A stretch of DNA of 56,407 bases from the IMG/VR virus record IMGVR_UViG_3300034407_000510, positions 1 to 56,407 of that record. One strand, written 5' to 3'. Under the pieces are notes generated by a model. It searched no databases. It was not told the origin of the DNA and saw only the letters and a list, made by a program, of their open reading frames with translations. Made by a program: the position numbers and the translations under genes. The first letter of the stretch is position 1; every line of letters starts with the position of its first letter. The stretch is from a virus. Its lineage: Duplodnaviria > Caudoviricetes. Shown here in pieces: positions 15,582-23,683 of the stretch.

Positions 15582-15750
15582 TTCGCGCGCGCGAACCGCA
15601 TTTTGAATGGTACATTATAAAGTGTACCAAAAATAAAAAGTGTACCAAAAAGTGTACCACTTTTGACCTTATTTTATGCGGTAAAACTGCAAAAAGTACA
15701 CTTGGACAGATGATTTTCAGAAAAAAAAAAAAAAAAAAATAAAATCTGTC
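15582..15750. repeat. Putative replication origin: palindrome, iterons and A-tract
   Basis: TTCGCGCGCGCGAA at 15582-15595; AAAGTGTACCA at 15619, 15637 and 15649; inverted TGGTACA at 15608 and GTACACTT at 15696; A19 at 15721-15739. Confidence 0.6.
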
Positions 15751-15758
15751 ACAGAATC

Positions 15759-15968
15759 TTATAGTACGAATTTGTCCTTACTACTTGCCTTATTGTCGCC
15801 ATATTTACGCTCATAAATAGCCTCAATCTCTGTCATCAGCTCAACTATGTACTGCTCTTCTAACTTATCTATCTCCGATAATGCCCTATTTATGATATCT
15901 TTCTGACGTTTTATTGCCTTATTCTTGGTGTGGATTAGATCGATCCCCCACCTTGTTTGATCTGTCAT
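15759..15968 (-). CDS. Hypothetical protein
   Basis: AGGAG SD. Confidence 0.65.
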   Translation of the reverse strand: MTDQTRWGIDLIHTKNKAIKRQKDIINRALSEIDKLEEQYIVELMTEIEAIYERKYGDNKASSKDKFVL

Positions 15969-16098
15969 GCTTTCTTACTCCTGTTTGTCGTTCATCTTTC
16001 TGTGCATAAGCGATTGCTTGCTGCCTGCATTTATCTCCAGCTACTTTAGAAACGTTATAATCTAGCCATTCAGCGTGATTATTTAGTATCTTGTTCAT
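15919..16098 (-). CDS. Hypothetical protein (start uncertain)
   Basis: Fills the gap between neighbours and overlaps both. Confidence 0.4.
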   Translation of the reverse strand: MNKILNNHAEWLDYNVSKVAGDKCRQQAIAYAQKDERQTGVRKHDRSNKVGDRSNPHQE

Positions 16099-16417
16099 TT
16101 CTGGTGAAGTCTGTAGCCCTAAGTTCCACCTTCTCTTTTTCTTCTTCATTTTTTAACCATTCATTGTAGTAAAAATCTTCATTCTTTATTATTTCATGTA
16201 AAGTGTTACCTCTATATTCATTATCTGAAATTTCATCAGTACTAAAAATTAAAGAACATTGATCTTTAAAAAATTCAGTTGCACCCTCAATACTATTTTC
16301 ATTTAAAAAACATGAATATCGTTTTTCTTCATATTCATCTTTTCCCAATATAACTAACTCAACTTTAGCGTCCATGTCATAGTTTAATAATTTATGTATC
16401 AGTTCTCTTACTTTCAT
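16079..16417 (-). CDS. Hypothetical protein (MKVRELIHKL type)
   Basis: GAGGAGG SD; common phage N-terminus; AT-rich. Confidence 0.7.
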   Translation of the reverse strand: MKVRELIHKLLNYDMDAKVELVILGKDEYEEKRYSCFLNENSIEGATEFFKDQCSLIFSTDEISDNEYRGNTLHEIIKNEDFYYNEWLKNEEEKEKVELRATDFTRNEQDTK

Positions 16418-17132
16418 TAAAGTCCTCCTCTTTCATTGGTTCTTTTGTTTGTTTTTCACTAAACACTAGCTCATGATACATGTCTAGTCGTTTAAGAAAT
16501 TTGTGTTTCCAGGTCCGTAGTTCATGGTCCGTGATCCTAAATTCTTGGTAATATAAGTCAGGCGTGCATACCATGATAACTCCTTGGCGGATACTGGACC
16601 CGTAGACATAGTCGTGTGCCATGGCGTATGCTGCGATTTGAAGATAATAATCTTCGATCCATTCTTTCTTCTTCGGACGATTGGCCTGCTTGAAGTCAAC
16701 AACAGTTTCAATATCGTTGTGTAAACAAACAAGGTCTGTTTGACCTGCGTATAGACCCGGGTAATGTAACGTAACTTCGGAGCCAAAATACTCCGTGACC
16801 GGTGCAAGGCCCACTTCCATAATCTTTTCGGCCATGGGTTTCGCCGCCTGTCCCAGTTCAGTAAGATCATCATAACCCACATCCGTAATAAATGATTCGA
16901 GGTATTTGTGCATACTGGTACCCCGTGCACTAGATACATTCTTGATTCGCTCTGCTTCCGCTTCACCGACTTTAGCCTTCCATTGTTTTAAAAATTCTTG
17001 ATTTTTCGTGGCGCCTAATATCGTAGTTACAGACGGAAGTCTATAAGAATTTATCTCGTAGACTCTTTTTCCTGTGTCAGGGTCCGTGATTTGTTTACCT
17101 TCAAAGTAATCGTATTTATTATTCTTCTTCAT
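16392..17132 (-). CDS. PD-(D/E)xK exonuclease (Cas4/MGME1-like)
   Basis: LPSVTTIL, RGTSMH, YAGQTDL, VVDFKQ, YLQIAAY. Confidence 0.9.
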   Translation of the reverse strand: MKKNNKYDYFEGKQITDPDTGKRVYEINSYRLPSVTTILGATKNQEFLKQWKAKVGEAEAERIKNVSSARGTSMHKYLESFITDVGYDDLTELGQAAKPMAEKIMEVGLAPVTEYFGSEVTLHYPGLYAGQTDLVCLHNDIETVVDFKQANRPKKKEWIEDYYLQIAAYAMAHDYVYGSSIRQGVIMVCTPDLYYQEFRITDHELRTWKHKFLKRLDMYHELVFSEKQTKEPMKEEDFNESKRTDT

Positions 17133-17140
17133 AATTTTGT

Positions 17141-17160
17141 AAAGGGCCCAAAGGCCCTTT
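17141..17160 (-). terminator. Hairpin terminator after the ParB-like gene
   Basis: AAAGGGCC-CAAA-GGCCCTTT. Confidence 0.6.
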
Positions 17161-17162
17161 AA

Positions 17163-17978
17163 TTAGTGTAGCACTGTTTCCTCTTGTTTAGGTTCTTCTA
17201 AATATAATTTATCTTCAATAAATCTTTTTAGATTTATTTTTTTAGATTTAGTTAGTCCCTTATCAAGCATACTGCTTAAAGTGTTTATGTAGTCTGTTTC
17301 ATTTCTACAGCCATCTAATTTAGCACCATTGTTTCTCATTACAGTGTTAAGTCTATCCCAACTAAAATTACTATTTTTAGTTGCTTTAGCTATAGTTCTG
17401 ATAAAGGGTCGCTGCATTTTATCACCAGGATATCTAATATCAAATGCCTTTCGCATTGGTTTTAAGAGACTATCAAATTTTTTAATCTCTTCGATAGTCA
17501 GACTATATCTACCCCACTTCCAGTCCTCATTAGTGTATTTAGACACACTCATTTCACCTTTCAGTAAAGCTACAGTTTCTTGGATTGGCATATTATATCT
17601 TGACATTTTACCGGCTACAACACGATAAGATTTTTTCTGTCTTGTTGTATAAAAATCTAGAGTGTTTGTAAAACTCCAGTTTTCTCTACCAGAATTAAAT
17701 CTTGGTACGTCTAATGCCTCAAACTCAGGACTAATCATATAATATATGTCAAGCGATAACTCTTTTCTTACTTCAAAAGTGTTATGCCCGTCTCTTATCG
17801 TACCATCTTCTGTCACAAAAATAGGTAATTTAAGATCATTTTCTACGATTGAGTTTCGTATTTTTCTTTTGTGTGCTGCAGTTGCTGCACGATTACCTTT
17901 GGTTTTTTTAAACCAAGAGTAATCTTTTGTTTTATAAACAACTGTATGTTGTTTATGTTTATCTTCTTGTTTTTTCAT
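17163..17978 (-). CDS. ParB/Sulfiredoxin-like N-terminal domain protein
   Basis: GNR...IRNSI...LPIFV...IRDGHNT (variant of DGxHR). Confidence 0.65.
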   Translation of the reverse strand: MKKQEDKHKQHTVVYKTKDYSWFKKTKGNRAATAAHKRKIRNSIVENDLKLPIFVTEDGTIRDGHNTFEVRKELSLDIYYMISPEFEALDVPRFNSGRENWSFTNTLDFYTTRQKKSYRVVAGKMSRYNMPIQETVALLKGEMSVSKYTNEDWKWGRYSLTIEEIKKFDSLLKPMRKAFDIRYPGDKMQRPFIRTIAKATKNSNFSWDRLNTVMRNNGAKLDGCRNETDYINTLSSMLDKGLTKSKKINLKRFIEDKLYLEEPKQEETVLH

Positions 17979-18135
17979 TGTTTATTACTTTCTTATTAGC
18001 ATGATCTTTGTCGACGTGATCATGTTTGACGTCATCTTTAGATACTACTCCAAAAATTCTATTAAATTCTTTTTTATATAAATCAGTAGATGGTCTAGAT
18101 TTACCATCCCACTGTCTACCTTTTTCTTTTTCCAA
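17959..18135 (-). CDS. Small hypothetical protein (58 aa, TTG start)
   Basis: GAGGA SD; MEKEKGRQWDGKSRPSTDLYKKEFNRIFG... Confidence 0.5.
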   Translation of the reverse strand: MEKEKGRQWDGKSRPSTDLYKKEFNRIFGVVSKDDVKHDHVDKDHANKKVINNEKTRR

Positions 18136-18256
18136 AATATCTTTCCTCTCTTCTTTTCTCTATATATTTCAAATGTTTAACCCATGCCCATGCATTGATC
18201 TTACCAGACCATTCCATGACTTTATCTAAAAATTTATATATGTATTTGTCTAACAT
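18116..18256 (-). CDS. Small hypothetical protein (46 aa)
   Basis: GGAGGAG SD; MLDKYIYKFLDKVMEWSGKINAWAWVKH... Confidence 0.6.
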   Translation of the reverse strand: MLDKYIYKFLDKVMEWSGKINAWAWVKHLKYIEKRREERYFGKRKR

Positions 18257-18690
18257 CTCTCCTCCACGGCTGCTCTATACTCATTCAAGTCAACCACGTT
18301 ATTTTGTTTTAGTTTTTCTTTTGAGTAATGTTCTATGATCTGTTGAATCTTTGGCAACTTGGTATGTGCAAAAGGCCAAATCAATAAACATACTTGATAA
18401 GCATCTCTAAATGTACAACGCCATTTGTATTGTTTCAAGTATTTAGTTCCATCTTTCCTGGTCCCTTTTACAGTCTTCGGTCTAAGTGTTCCTACACCTA
18501 ATACTTCATGTAACCAAATCAATACACTATGGTCCGTCATGGTGATCTCCATACTGATACGCATGGAGTTTGATAATCTATATCCCTCACCTTTGTGTTT
18601 CTTTTTCTTCTCGATACCACGTTTGAAATGTATTGATCCTTCACCATCAAACAACCCTGCAATATATGCAATATCAGTTTCAGCTATCAA
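18250..18690 (-). CDS. Free-standing single-motif LAGLIDADG endonuclease-like protein
   Basis: IAYIAGLFDGEGSI motif; TTGA coupling. Confidence 0.85.
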   Translation of the reverse strand: MIAETDIAYIAGLFDGEGSIHFKRGIEKKKKHKGEGYRLSNSMRISMEITMTDHSVLIWLHEVLGVGTLRPKTVKGTRKDGTKYLKQYKWRCTFRDAYQVCLLIWPFAHTKLPKIQQIIEHYSKEKLKQNNVVDLNEYRAAVEERC

Positions 18691-18863
18691 TTTAACACCC
18701 TCTCTGGTTCATCAACATACTCTACAAATTCACCTTCAGAATCACAGTCCCAACACTGATGTATTTGTAATTCTACGTCATAAATGTTTTGTATTTTGAC
18801 GTAACCATTACCTTTACAGGTAGTGCAAATGTGAATTCTCTTAACTTTTTTTGAGTTTGCCAT
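18687..18863 (-). CDS. Small DnaJ-type zinc-finger protein (58 aa)
   Basis: CTTCKGNG...CWDCDSEG. Confidence 0.65.
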   Translation of the reverse strand: MANSKKVKRIHICTTCKGNGYVKIQNIYDVELQIHQCWDCDSEGEFVEYVDEPERVLN

Positions 18864-19014
18864 TTAATTTCTTCGCTTTCTCGTTTGCTATTGCTTCAAT
18901 TGTTTTAGCGACACTTAGTTTTGCGTCAGGCAATATAACCTTCGACAACGTCTCTAAAACCTTGTATGTTTCTTTGGATAGAGAAACATTTTTATATTTA
19001 CTCATGTCTGTCAT
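18841..19014 (-). CDS. Putative ribbon-helix-helix DNA-binding protein (57 aa)
   Basis: GAAAGGA SD; YKNVSLSKETYKVLETLS...LSVAKTIEAIA; own promoter. Confidence 0.65.
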   Translation of the reverse strand: MTDMSKYKNVSLSKETYKVLETLSKVILPDAKLSVAKTIEAIANEKAKKLNGKLKKS

Positions 19015-19040
19015 GTTTGTTTCCTTTCATATTTCTGAGG

Positions 19041-19070
19041 ATTATATAGTTGATATTGATGGATTGTCAA
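19041..19070 (-). promoter_or_regulatory. Sigma70-like promoter
   Basis: TTGACA(19070-19065)-18-TATAAT(19046-19041). Confidence 0.7.
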
Positions 19071-19137
19071 GGATAAATATAGTATTTGACAAAAATATTT
19101 ATCTTTGATATTCGTGGAATTCAATCTTCTCACCATT

Positions 19138-19182
19138 ACCTACCCTTTATATTTATTCCCTCTTCAAAGGGTAGGTTTATTT
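19138..19182 (+). terminator. 11-bp hairpin with a plus-strand U-rich tail
   Basis: ACCTACCCTTT-17 nt-AAAGGGTAGGT followed by TTATTT. Confidence 0.55.
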
Positions 19183-19386
19183 ACAGATACAACCATAGAA
19201 GTGACCGCTACCATCATTCATGATATGCGTGTTCCATGAGTCGTGATACGTGGTCAGGTGTAAACGTAGTATGTCACAGAGATCAAAGCAATCAACGTCT
19301 TTTACCAATAACGAGATATGTTCCATCATCTTGCTTGTGACAGGAACTAACTGATACAATCCGTCGTTTAATATAATGAGGTCCAT
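19177..19386 (-). CDS. Hypothetical protein
   Basis: AAGGAG SD; Cys-containing. Confidence 0.65.
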   Translation of the reverse strand: MDLIILNDGLYQLVPVTSKMMEHISLLVKDVDCFDLCDILRLHLTTYHDSWNTHIMNDGSGHFYGCICK

Positions 19387-19489
19387 TCGCCCACTCCTTT
19401 ACTTTTTCAAACCACAACTTTTTAAGCTGTGGGTCTTTTGTTCGATGATACTCTCTTGCCAGGTCGTCTAGATGGTCTTGTGTAATCAT
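19292..19489 (-). CDS. Hypothetical protein (overlaps both neighbours)
   Basis: 65 aa; helix LDDLAREYHRTKDP. Confidence 0.5.
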   Translation of the reverse strand: MITQDHLDDLAREYHRTKDPQLKKLWFEKVKEWANGPHYIKRRIVSVSSCHKQDDGTYLVIGKRR

Positions 19490-19658
19490 TTACTTTTGTC
19501 CCCCATTCAATTACAGATCTTATTCCAGGTGCTTTCAAGGATATATCCACACCATAAGCTTTCCATGCTTTTCTTATTAAATTAAATTCAAGTAAAAGGT
19601 TTGACCATTGTCCTTGACTGGCACCATTTACTTTGATTGTTATTATTTTTTCTTTCAT
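19422..19658 (-). CDS. Hypothetical protein, probably leaderless
   Basis: ATG lies 6 nt after the -10 box. Confidence 0.65.
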   Translation of the reverse strand: MKEKIITIKVNGASQGQWSNLLLEFNLIRKAWKAYGVDISLKAPGIRSVIEWGTKVNDYTRPSRRPGKRVSSNKRPTA

Positions 19659-19664
19659 ACCTAC

Positions 19665-19693
19665 AATGTAGGATTTATTGGGATTGATGTCAA
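19665..19693 (-). promoter_or_regulatory. Sigma70-like promoter
   Basis: TTGACA-17-TACATT. Confidence 0.75.
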
Positions 19694-19695
19694 CC

Positions 19696-19830
19696 CTATT
19701 GTGGTCGACCTTGTCGATTATATTTTTTATATGATCTTTTCTTTGATTTATTTAAATTTTTTGTGTGACGGCCTGGTCTTTTACGAGGCTTTGGACGTGG
19801 TACAAAGTGAACAAACTTTTGTCTAGCCAT
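19696..19830 (-). CDS. Very basic 44-aa peptide
   Basis: MARQKFVHFVPRPKPRKRPGRHTKNLNKSKKRSYKKYNRQGRPQ; overlaps the upstream stop. Confidence 0.6.
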   Translation of the reverse strand: MARQKFVHFVPRPKPRKRPGRHTKNLNKSKKRSYKKYNRQGRPQ

Positions 19831-20029
19831 CTTTCCATTCTCTTACAAAGGGCTCACCTTTATCAGATCTTGTGATGTGTGGTAGATAACTTATCTTACC
19901 ATTTACATGTTGCTCTAAATCTGTTCCACAATTCATACATCTATAAACTGTAGTGGTTAATCCAACTAACATTGTAAACTCATCACATGTTGGACATTTA
20001 CCATTAACTATCTCTGCTGTAATTTTCAT
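19823..20029 (-). CDS. Zinc-ribbon protein
   Basis: CPTC...CMNC; ATGA coupling. Confidence 0.75.
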   Translation of the reverse strand: MKITAEIVNGKCPTCDEFTMLVGLTTTVYRCMNCGTDLEQHVNGKISYLPHITRSDKGEPFVREWKDG

Positions 20030-20361
20030 CCTGCTAGTGGGTTATCACTACGCTCTTTCAATTCTTGTATTTGATTCTTGATTATTTCTATTTGTTTTTC
20101 GTTAATTAAAATTTTTGTGTGACCGTGTTCTTCATGTTTGTGCTCACCAACTTCGTGAGTGTGTGATGTATCTGCAGTCTCTAGTGCATTAACTTTTTCT
20201 TCTAGCACAGCTATTTCTGCAGAGTGATCTGTACCACCAGCACCTTCTAATGCTTCTAATTTTGTTACGATCTCACCGTATTTTACAAAGCCACCACCAA
20301 TTGCTGCGATAACACCCAGCAATGCTGCGACTCCTGCTAATTGATTTTTAATTCTATCCAT
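20026..20361 (-). CDS. Membrane-anchored coiled-coil protein with a His-rich insert
   Basis: N-terminal TM helix; HTHEVGEHKHEEHGH. Confidence 0.7.
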   Translation of the reverse strand: MDRIKNQLAGVAALLGVIAAIGGGFVKYGEIVTKLEALEGAGGTDHSAEIAVLEEKVNALETADTSHTHEVGEHKHEEHGHTKILINEKQIEIIKNQIQELKERSDNPLAG

Positions 20362-21823
20362 TTTGTAATGCCTCTAGTTCACTTATCAAATTTTGACGTT
20401 CCTGTAAAATAATATTTAGACGTTGTTTTTTCTGCGTTATCGGATCGTTTTGTTTGTATTGCACAAGATCTATATCATAGATGATACGATTATCCTGTAT
20501 TTGCACTTGTTCTTCGTATATAATACGTGGCTCGTAAAAAGGTATATTGTATGCTTCCAGAAGATTACCTGATGACATTACTTTTAACTTTACTAGGTTT
20601 TTTAATTGTAAATTTTTATCTATATCTTTAACTTGTTCGTCAATCTTATCTAAGACTTCTGCAAGTCCAACTGTTTTTGTTTCTTTCTGTTGTACCTCTT
20701 CTTGCTCGCTACTATTCTCTTCCGTAGCATCGGCAGTCTCAGTAGTTTCGCTATTGGATTCTTCTTGTTCATTTTCTTTTTGTTCTTCTTCAAAACCTTC
20801 TTGTAATAATTCAGACGTAGTTTTCTCTTCTTTTGGTTTTTCTTCTTCCTCAGTAAAAGTTTCTATCATCTCAAATACTTCTTCCTCTTCTTCGTTTTCT
20901 TCTTCCTTCATCATTTGCACCATCTGCATAACAGGTGGTTTCTCTTCCTTTTCCTCTTCTATCATAACAAACTCTTCAAAGATAGGTTCTTCTTCAAACT
21001 TTTCTTCTTCTTCCATAACTATCATGACAGGTTCTTTAAACTCTTCTTGCATTTCTATTTTTTCTTCTTTGAAGAAAAACTCTTCTACAATTTGTTCTAT
21101 CTCTTCAAACTCGTCACCAATATCTTCAAATACATCATCTATTTCATTTTTAATTGCAGGTGGTAATGGTGAGTATAGTATATCTAATAGTGTTGCTTTT
21201 AATTCTGCACCTAGTAAATTAGGTCCTAAAGGGCTAGTGCTATTAGGACTATCACCATCTATACCAGTCCACTCCCACTCCCACTTTCTTGCACCTTCAC
21301 CTGTATGTGTGACTGTGTCTGTATATGTATAAGTGTTGTTATTATATCCTGAATCTGTATTTCTGTTTTGTGTAACTGTAGCTAATTCGTTTTCATCAGC
21401 GTCTAATATTGTAACTGTTGTAGAATAACTATCTTGTCCAGACGTTGCTTGACCACATCTATGTGCAGATCCAGTCCACTCACAGTTTTGTACTTCTGTT
21501 TTTGATGTAAGTGTAACACCACCATCTAAACTATCTTCTGTGGTTGTATGATCCCCTGCAGATATATTTAACAGTGTGCCTGTTGCAGACACTGTACCAG
21601 TTCCATTTGCTTCTAGTTCATTGTAGCTAGAAGAATAATCAGTAATATTATTGAGAGTCCAATTGTTAGAATTATTGATTCCATCTATTGCACTATTAGA
21701 ATGTTGCACACTGGTTTGACCTGTGCCTGCGTTAGGTAATAAGTTACCTGTTGTTGCTGTTTCTGTCTGTCCAGTTGTATGGATTGACATCATCAGCAAA
21801 CTTATCAATAGCAAAATACGCAT
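20354..21823 (-). CDS. Secreted protein: beta-rich N-domain, Glu-rich linker, coiled coil
   Basis: Signal peptide MRILLLISLLMMS...; AGGA SD. Confidence 0.75.
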   Translation of the reverse strand: MRILLLISLLMMSIHTTGQTETATTGNLLPNAGTGQTSVQHSNSAIDGINNSNNWTLNNITDYSSSYNELEANGTGTVSATGTLLNISAGDHTTTEDSLDGGVTLTSKTEVQNCEWTGSAHRCGQATSGQDSYSTTVTILDADENELATVTQNRNTDSGYNNNTYTYTDTVTHTGEGARKWEWEWTGIDGDSPNSTSPLGPNLLGAELKATLLDILYSPLPPAIKNEIDDVFEDIGDEFEEIEQIVEEFFFKEEKIEMQEEFKEPVMIVMEEEEKFEEEPIFEEFVMIEEEKEEKPPVMQMVQMMKEEENEEEEEVFEMIETFTEEEEKPKEEKTTSELLQEGFEEEQKENEQEESNSETTETADATEENSSEQEEVQQKETKTVGLAEVLDKIDEQVKDIDKNLQLKNLVKLKVMSSGNLLEAYNIPFYEPRIIYEEQVQIQDNRIIYDIDLVQYKQNDPITQKKQRLNIILQERQNLISELEALQNG

Positions 21824-21860
21824 ATAATCCTACTCCTGTTATTAAAATTGACCAAATCAT
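21744..21860 (-). CDS. Possible 38-aa membrane peptide overlapping the start of the 489-aa gene
   Basis: ATGA coupling and AAGGAG SD; MIWSILITGVGLYAYFAIDKFADDVNPY... Confidence 0.45.
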   Translation of the reverse strand: MIWSILITGVGLYAYFAIDKFADDVNPYNWTDRNSNNR

Positions 21861-22060
21861 GTTTCTGCTATCTCCTTACAACTAAATAATATAGAAGTTC
21901 TGTTCTTGTCAACATATGTTTGACCAAAATCAGCTATTCTTAGTTCAGCCGCTTTGTATCCCATTCTTGCGCAATCATAAAAACTATCAAACTTTTGTGG
22001 CCATTCAAATTGTGGTCCACATGTAGCATTACATATTACAAGTATTAACACAAATTTCAC
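21857..22060 (-). CDS. Small exported protein with Cys residues
   Basis: MKFVLILVIC...FDSFYDC; GTGA coupling. Confidence 0.65.
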   Translation of the reverse strand: MKFVLILVICNATCGPQFEWPQKFDSFYDCARMGYKAAELRIADFGQTYVDKNRTSILFSCKEIAET

Positions 22061-22239
22061 TTTTCCATCAGCCTATCCATGTGTGCATAAATACGACCAA
22101 TGACTTTGTCCATACCAAGTATTTCTTGCTGCAACATAGCTACTAATGTTTGTAGTTCTACCAGGGTAATTAAAACCCATGTGGACAGACCCATCAATAT
22201 AGTTCCTAGTAATGGAACTATCCATCCTAATTTTTTCAT
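22057..22239 (-). CDS. Small membrane protein (start at MKKLG)
   Basis: ATGA coupling; TM helix plus coiled coil. Confidence 0.65.
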   Translation of the reverse strand: MKKLGWIVPLLGTILMGLSTWVLITLVELQTLVAMLQQEILGMDKVIGRIYAHMDRLMEK

Positions 22240-22922
22240 TTTGGTTCCTGCCAATGAATGTCTGGTTTCTTCATTGGTAATACTGTATCTACTTTTTCCA
22301 TATCTTTTGTAATTTCTTTTTGTATCTCTTCGTTTCTTTTTTCAATAATTTTTAAATTTAAAACGTATTGATCATAATCTGGTCTTAATTTATCGTATTT
22401 TTTCCAGGCTGCTTTCGCTTGTTTACCTATCTTACCTTCGAAAGGACAAGGTGTACCTGCTTGTTCCATAGCAAAGAATACTCTTTCGTCTTGACAGAGT
22501 ATGGCTACAGCTGCAACTTTCATACCTAAACTATTTAGTTCTCTTGATAATTTAATTCTTTCACAATTTTTATCTCTAAATGACTTACCACCTGATACAC
22601 CGATACCAAATGTTTGAATACCTGCACTTGCTCCAGCAAGACAGACATCTGATCCTGCGTTAGTTACACTTGGCGCTGACGCTGTGGGCGGCGCAGATCG
22701 CATGTTTGATGTAGAATTATTTGTGGTTGTGGTATTGTTTGAACTTCCACTTTGATAAGTATTTGTGGCTGAACTTGTATACCCACCTGTGATTGATGTG
22801 TTTGATCCGCTAGTATTATTTTGAGTAGTATTAGGATATGCAGGTTCGACAAATAATGCCAGTAAACATAGCAGTGCTATAAGAATTGCTGTGAATCTGT
22901 AACTCATCCTGGCCATCTCCAT
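22236..22922 (-). CDS. Secreted protein with a Cys-containing core
   Basis: Signal peptide, S/T/N-rich linker, C...DKNCERIKLSREL...LCQDERVFFAM...GTPCP. Confidence 0.75.
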   Translation of the reverse strand: MEMARMSYRFTAILIALLCLLALFVEPAYPNTTQNNTSGSNTSITGGYTSSATNTYQSGSSNNTTTTNNSTSNMRSAPPTASAPSVTNAGSDVCLAGASAGIQTFGIGVSGGKSFRDKNCERIKLSRELNSLGMKVAAVAILCQDERVFFAMEQAGTPCPFEGKIGKQAKAAWKKYDKLRPDYDQYVLNLKIIEKRNEEIQKEITKDMEKVDTVLPMKKPDIHWQEPK

Positions 22923-22935
22923 AATACATAAATAC

Positions 22936-23037
22936 CTATTTAATAATTAGCGATACTACTAAAATTGCAAAAATAGCCACTTCAACTTTGTGGTCCATCC
23001 AGTAGTGTGCCGCCAGTTCTTTTACTTTTTTAATCAT
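22936..23037 (-). CDS. 33-aa membrane peptide
   Basis: GAGGAG SD; MIKKVKELAAHYWMDHKVEVAIFAILVVSLIIK. Confidence 0.6.
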   Translation of the reverse strand: MIKKVKELAAHYWMDHKVEVAIFAILVVSLIIK

Positions 23038-23680
23038 TTTTTTTCTCCTCGATTTCATAGAAGAACTTGTCAGTATCTTCTGTACGCCAAGCTCTGCTAT
23101 CTTCTACGTTCCATTCGGAGGTCTGCACTTTCCAGTCTGGAATATCGTCTTTCACTGTGAAAGAAGGTATATCCCATATACATCTATTGTTTGGTTGTGC
23201 TGCAAAATTGCCATCATCTAAGGCAATAATGTGAGCGCACTTGTGTTCGTGCGGAATTTCTGAATGGTCAGTGTCAAGTATATTACTTTCTGGATGTGCA
23301 AAGTCAACTGTAAATAAATACTTACCTGGATGCCATTTTTTGTCTTTACCTATGTATTTTCCTGCCTGTCCGTCTAAGATATCCCAACGATGAACAGAAG
23401 GATAATAAGAAAAACAATTCCAGAGCTGTAGTTCATCAAGTCTTCTTCCGGGCACTCTTGATGGGTCAAATCCCTTTTGAATAAACGCGCTAATTGGTAA
23501 GCGATAAAATATTGCACCGTTTTCCATAATAGCATGAAATAATATAGCGCTACCTGTAAGAGCGCTAAGACCAAAGATAATGCAGTCTTCAACTTCTCCC
23601 CTATGTTTTTTAAGATCATAAAGATACTCCCTTTTTATTTGTGCGTAAGTCGGTGGTATGTTTACATTTAAATAAGCCAT
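23030..23680 (-). CDS. Conserved marine phage protein of unknown function
   Basis: YRLPISAF, LQLWNCFSY, EHKCAH, AAQPNNR; directly after PolA. Confidence 0.8.
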   Translation of the reverse strand: MAYLNVNIPPTYAQIKREYLYDLKKHRGEVEDCIIFGLSALTGSAILFHAIMENGAIFYRLPISAFIQKGFDPSRVPGRRLDELQLWNCFSYYPSVHRWDILDGQAGKYIGKDKKWHPGKYLFTVDFAHPESNILDTDHSEIPHEHKCAHIIALDDGNFAAQPNNRCIWDIPSFTVKDDIPDWKVQTSEWNVEDSRAWRTEDTDKFFYEIEEKKND

Positions 23681-23683
23681 AGA

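Noticed and set aside
15721-15739. A19 tract as a phase-variation switch or retro-insertion tail
   Set aside because: It is intergenic, has no target-site duplication, and homopolymer length may be a sequencing artefact; kept only as part of the origin-like locus.
16484-16966. 160-aa alternative-frame ORF inside the exonuclease gene
   Set aside because: No SD or recognisable motif; explained by locally higher GC content.
16392-17132. Cas4 as evidence of a CRISPR system
   Set aside because: Stand-alone PD-(D/E)xK exonucleases are routine in phage replication modules.
20547-21332. 261-aa Ser-rich plus-strand ORF
   Set aside because: Antisense shadow of the Glu-rich (GAA) region of the 489-aa gene.
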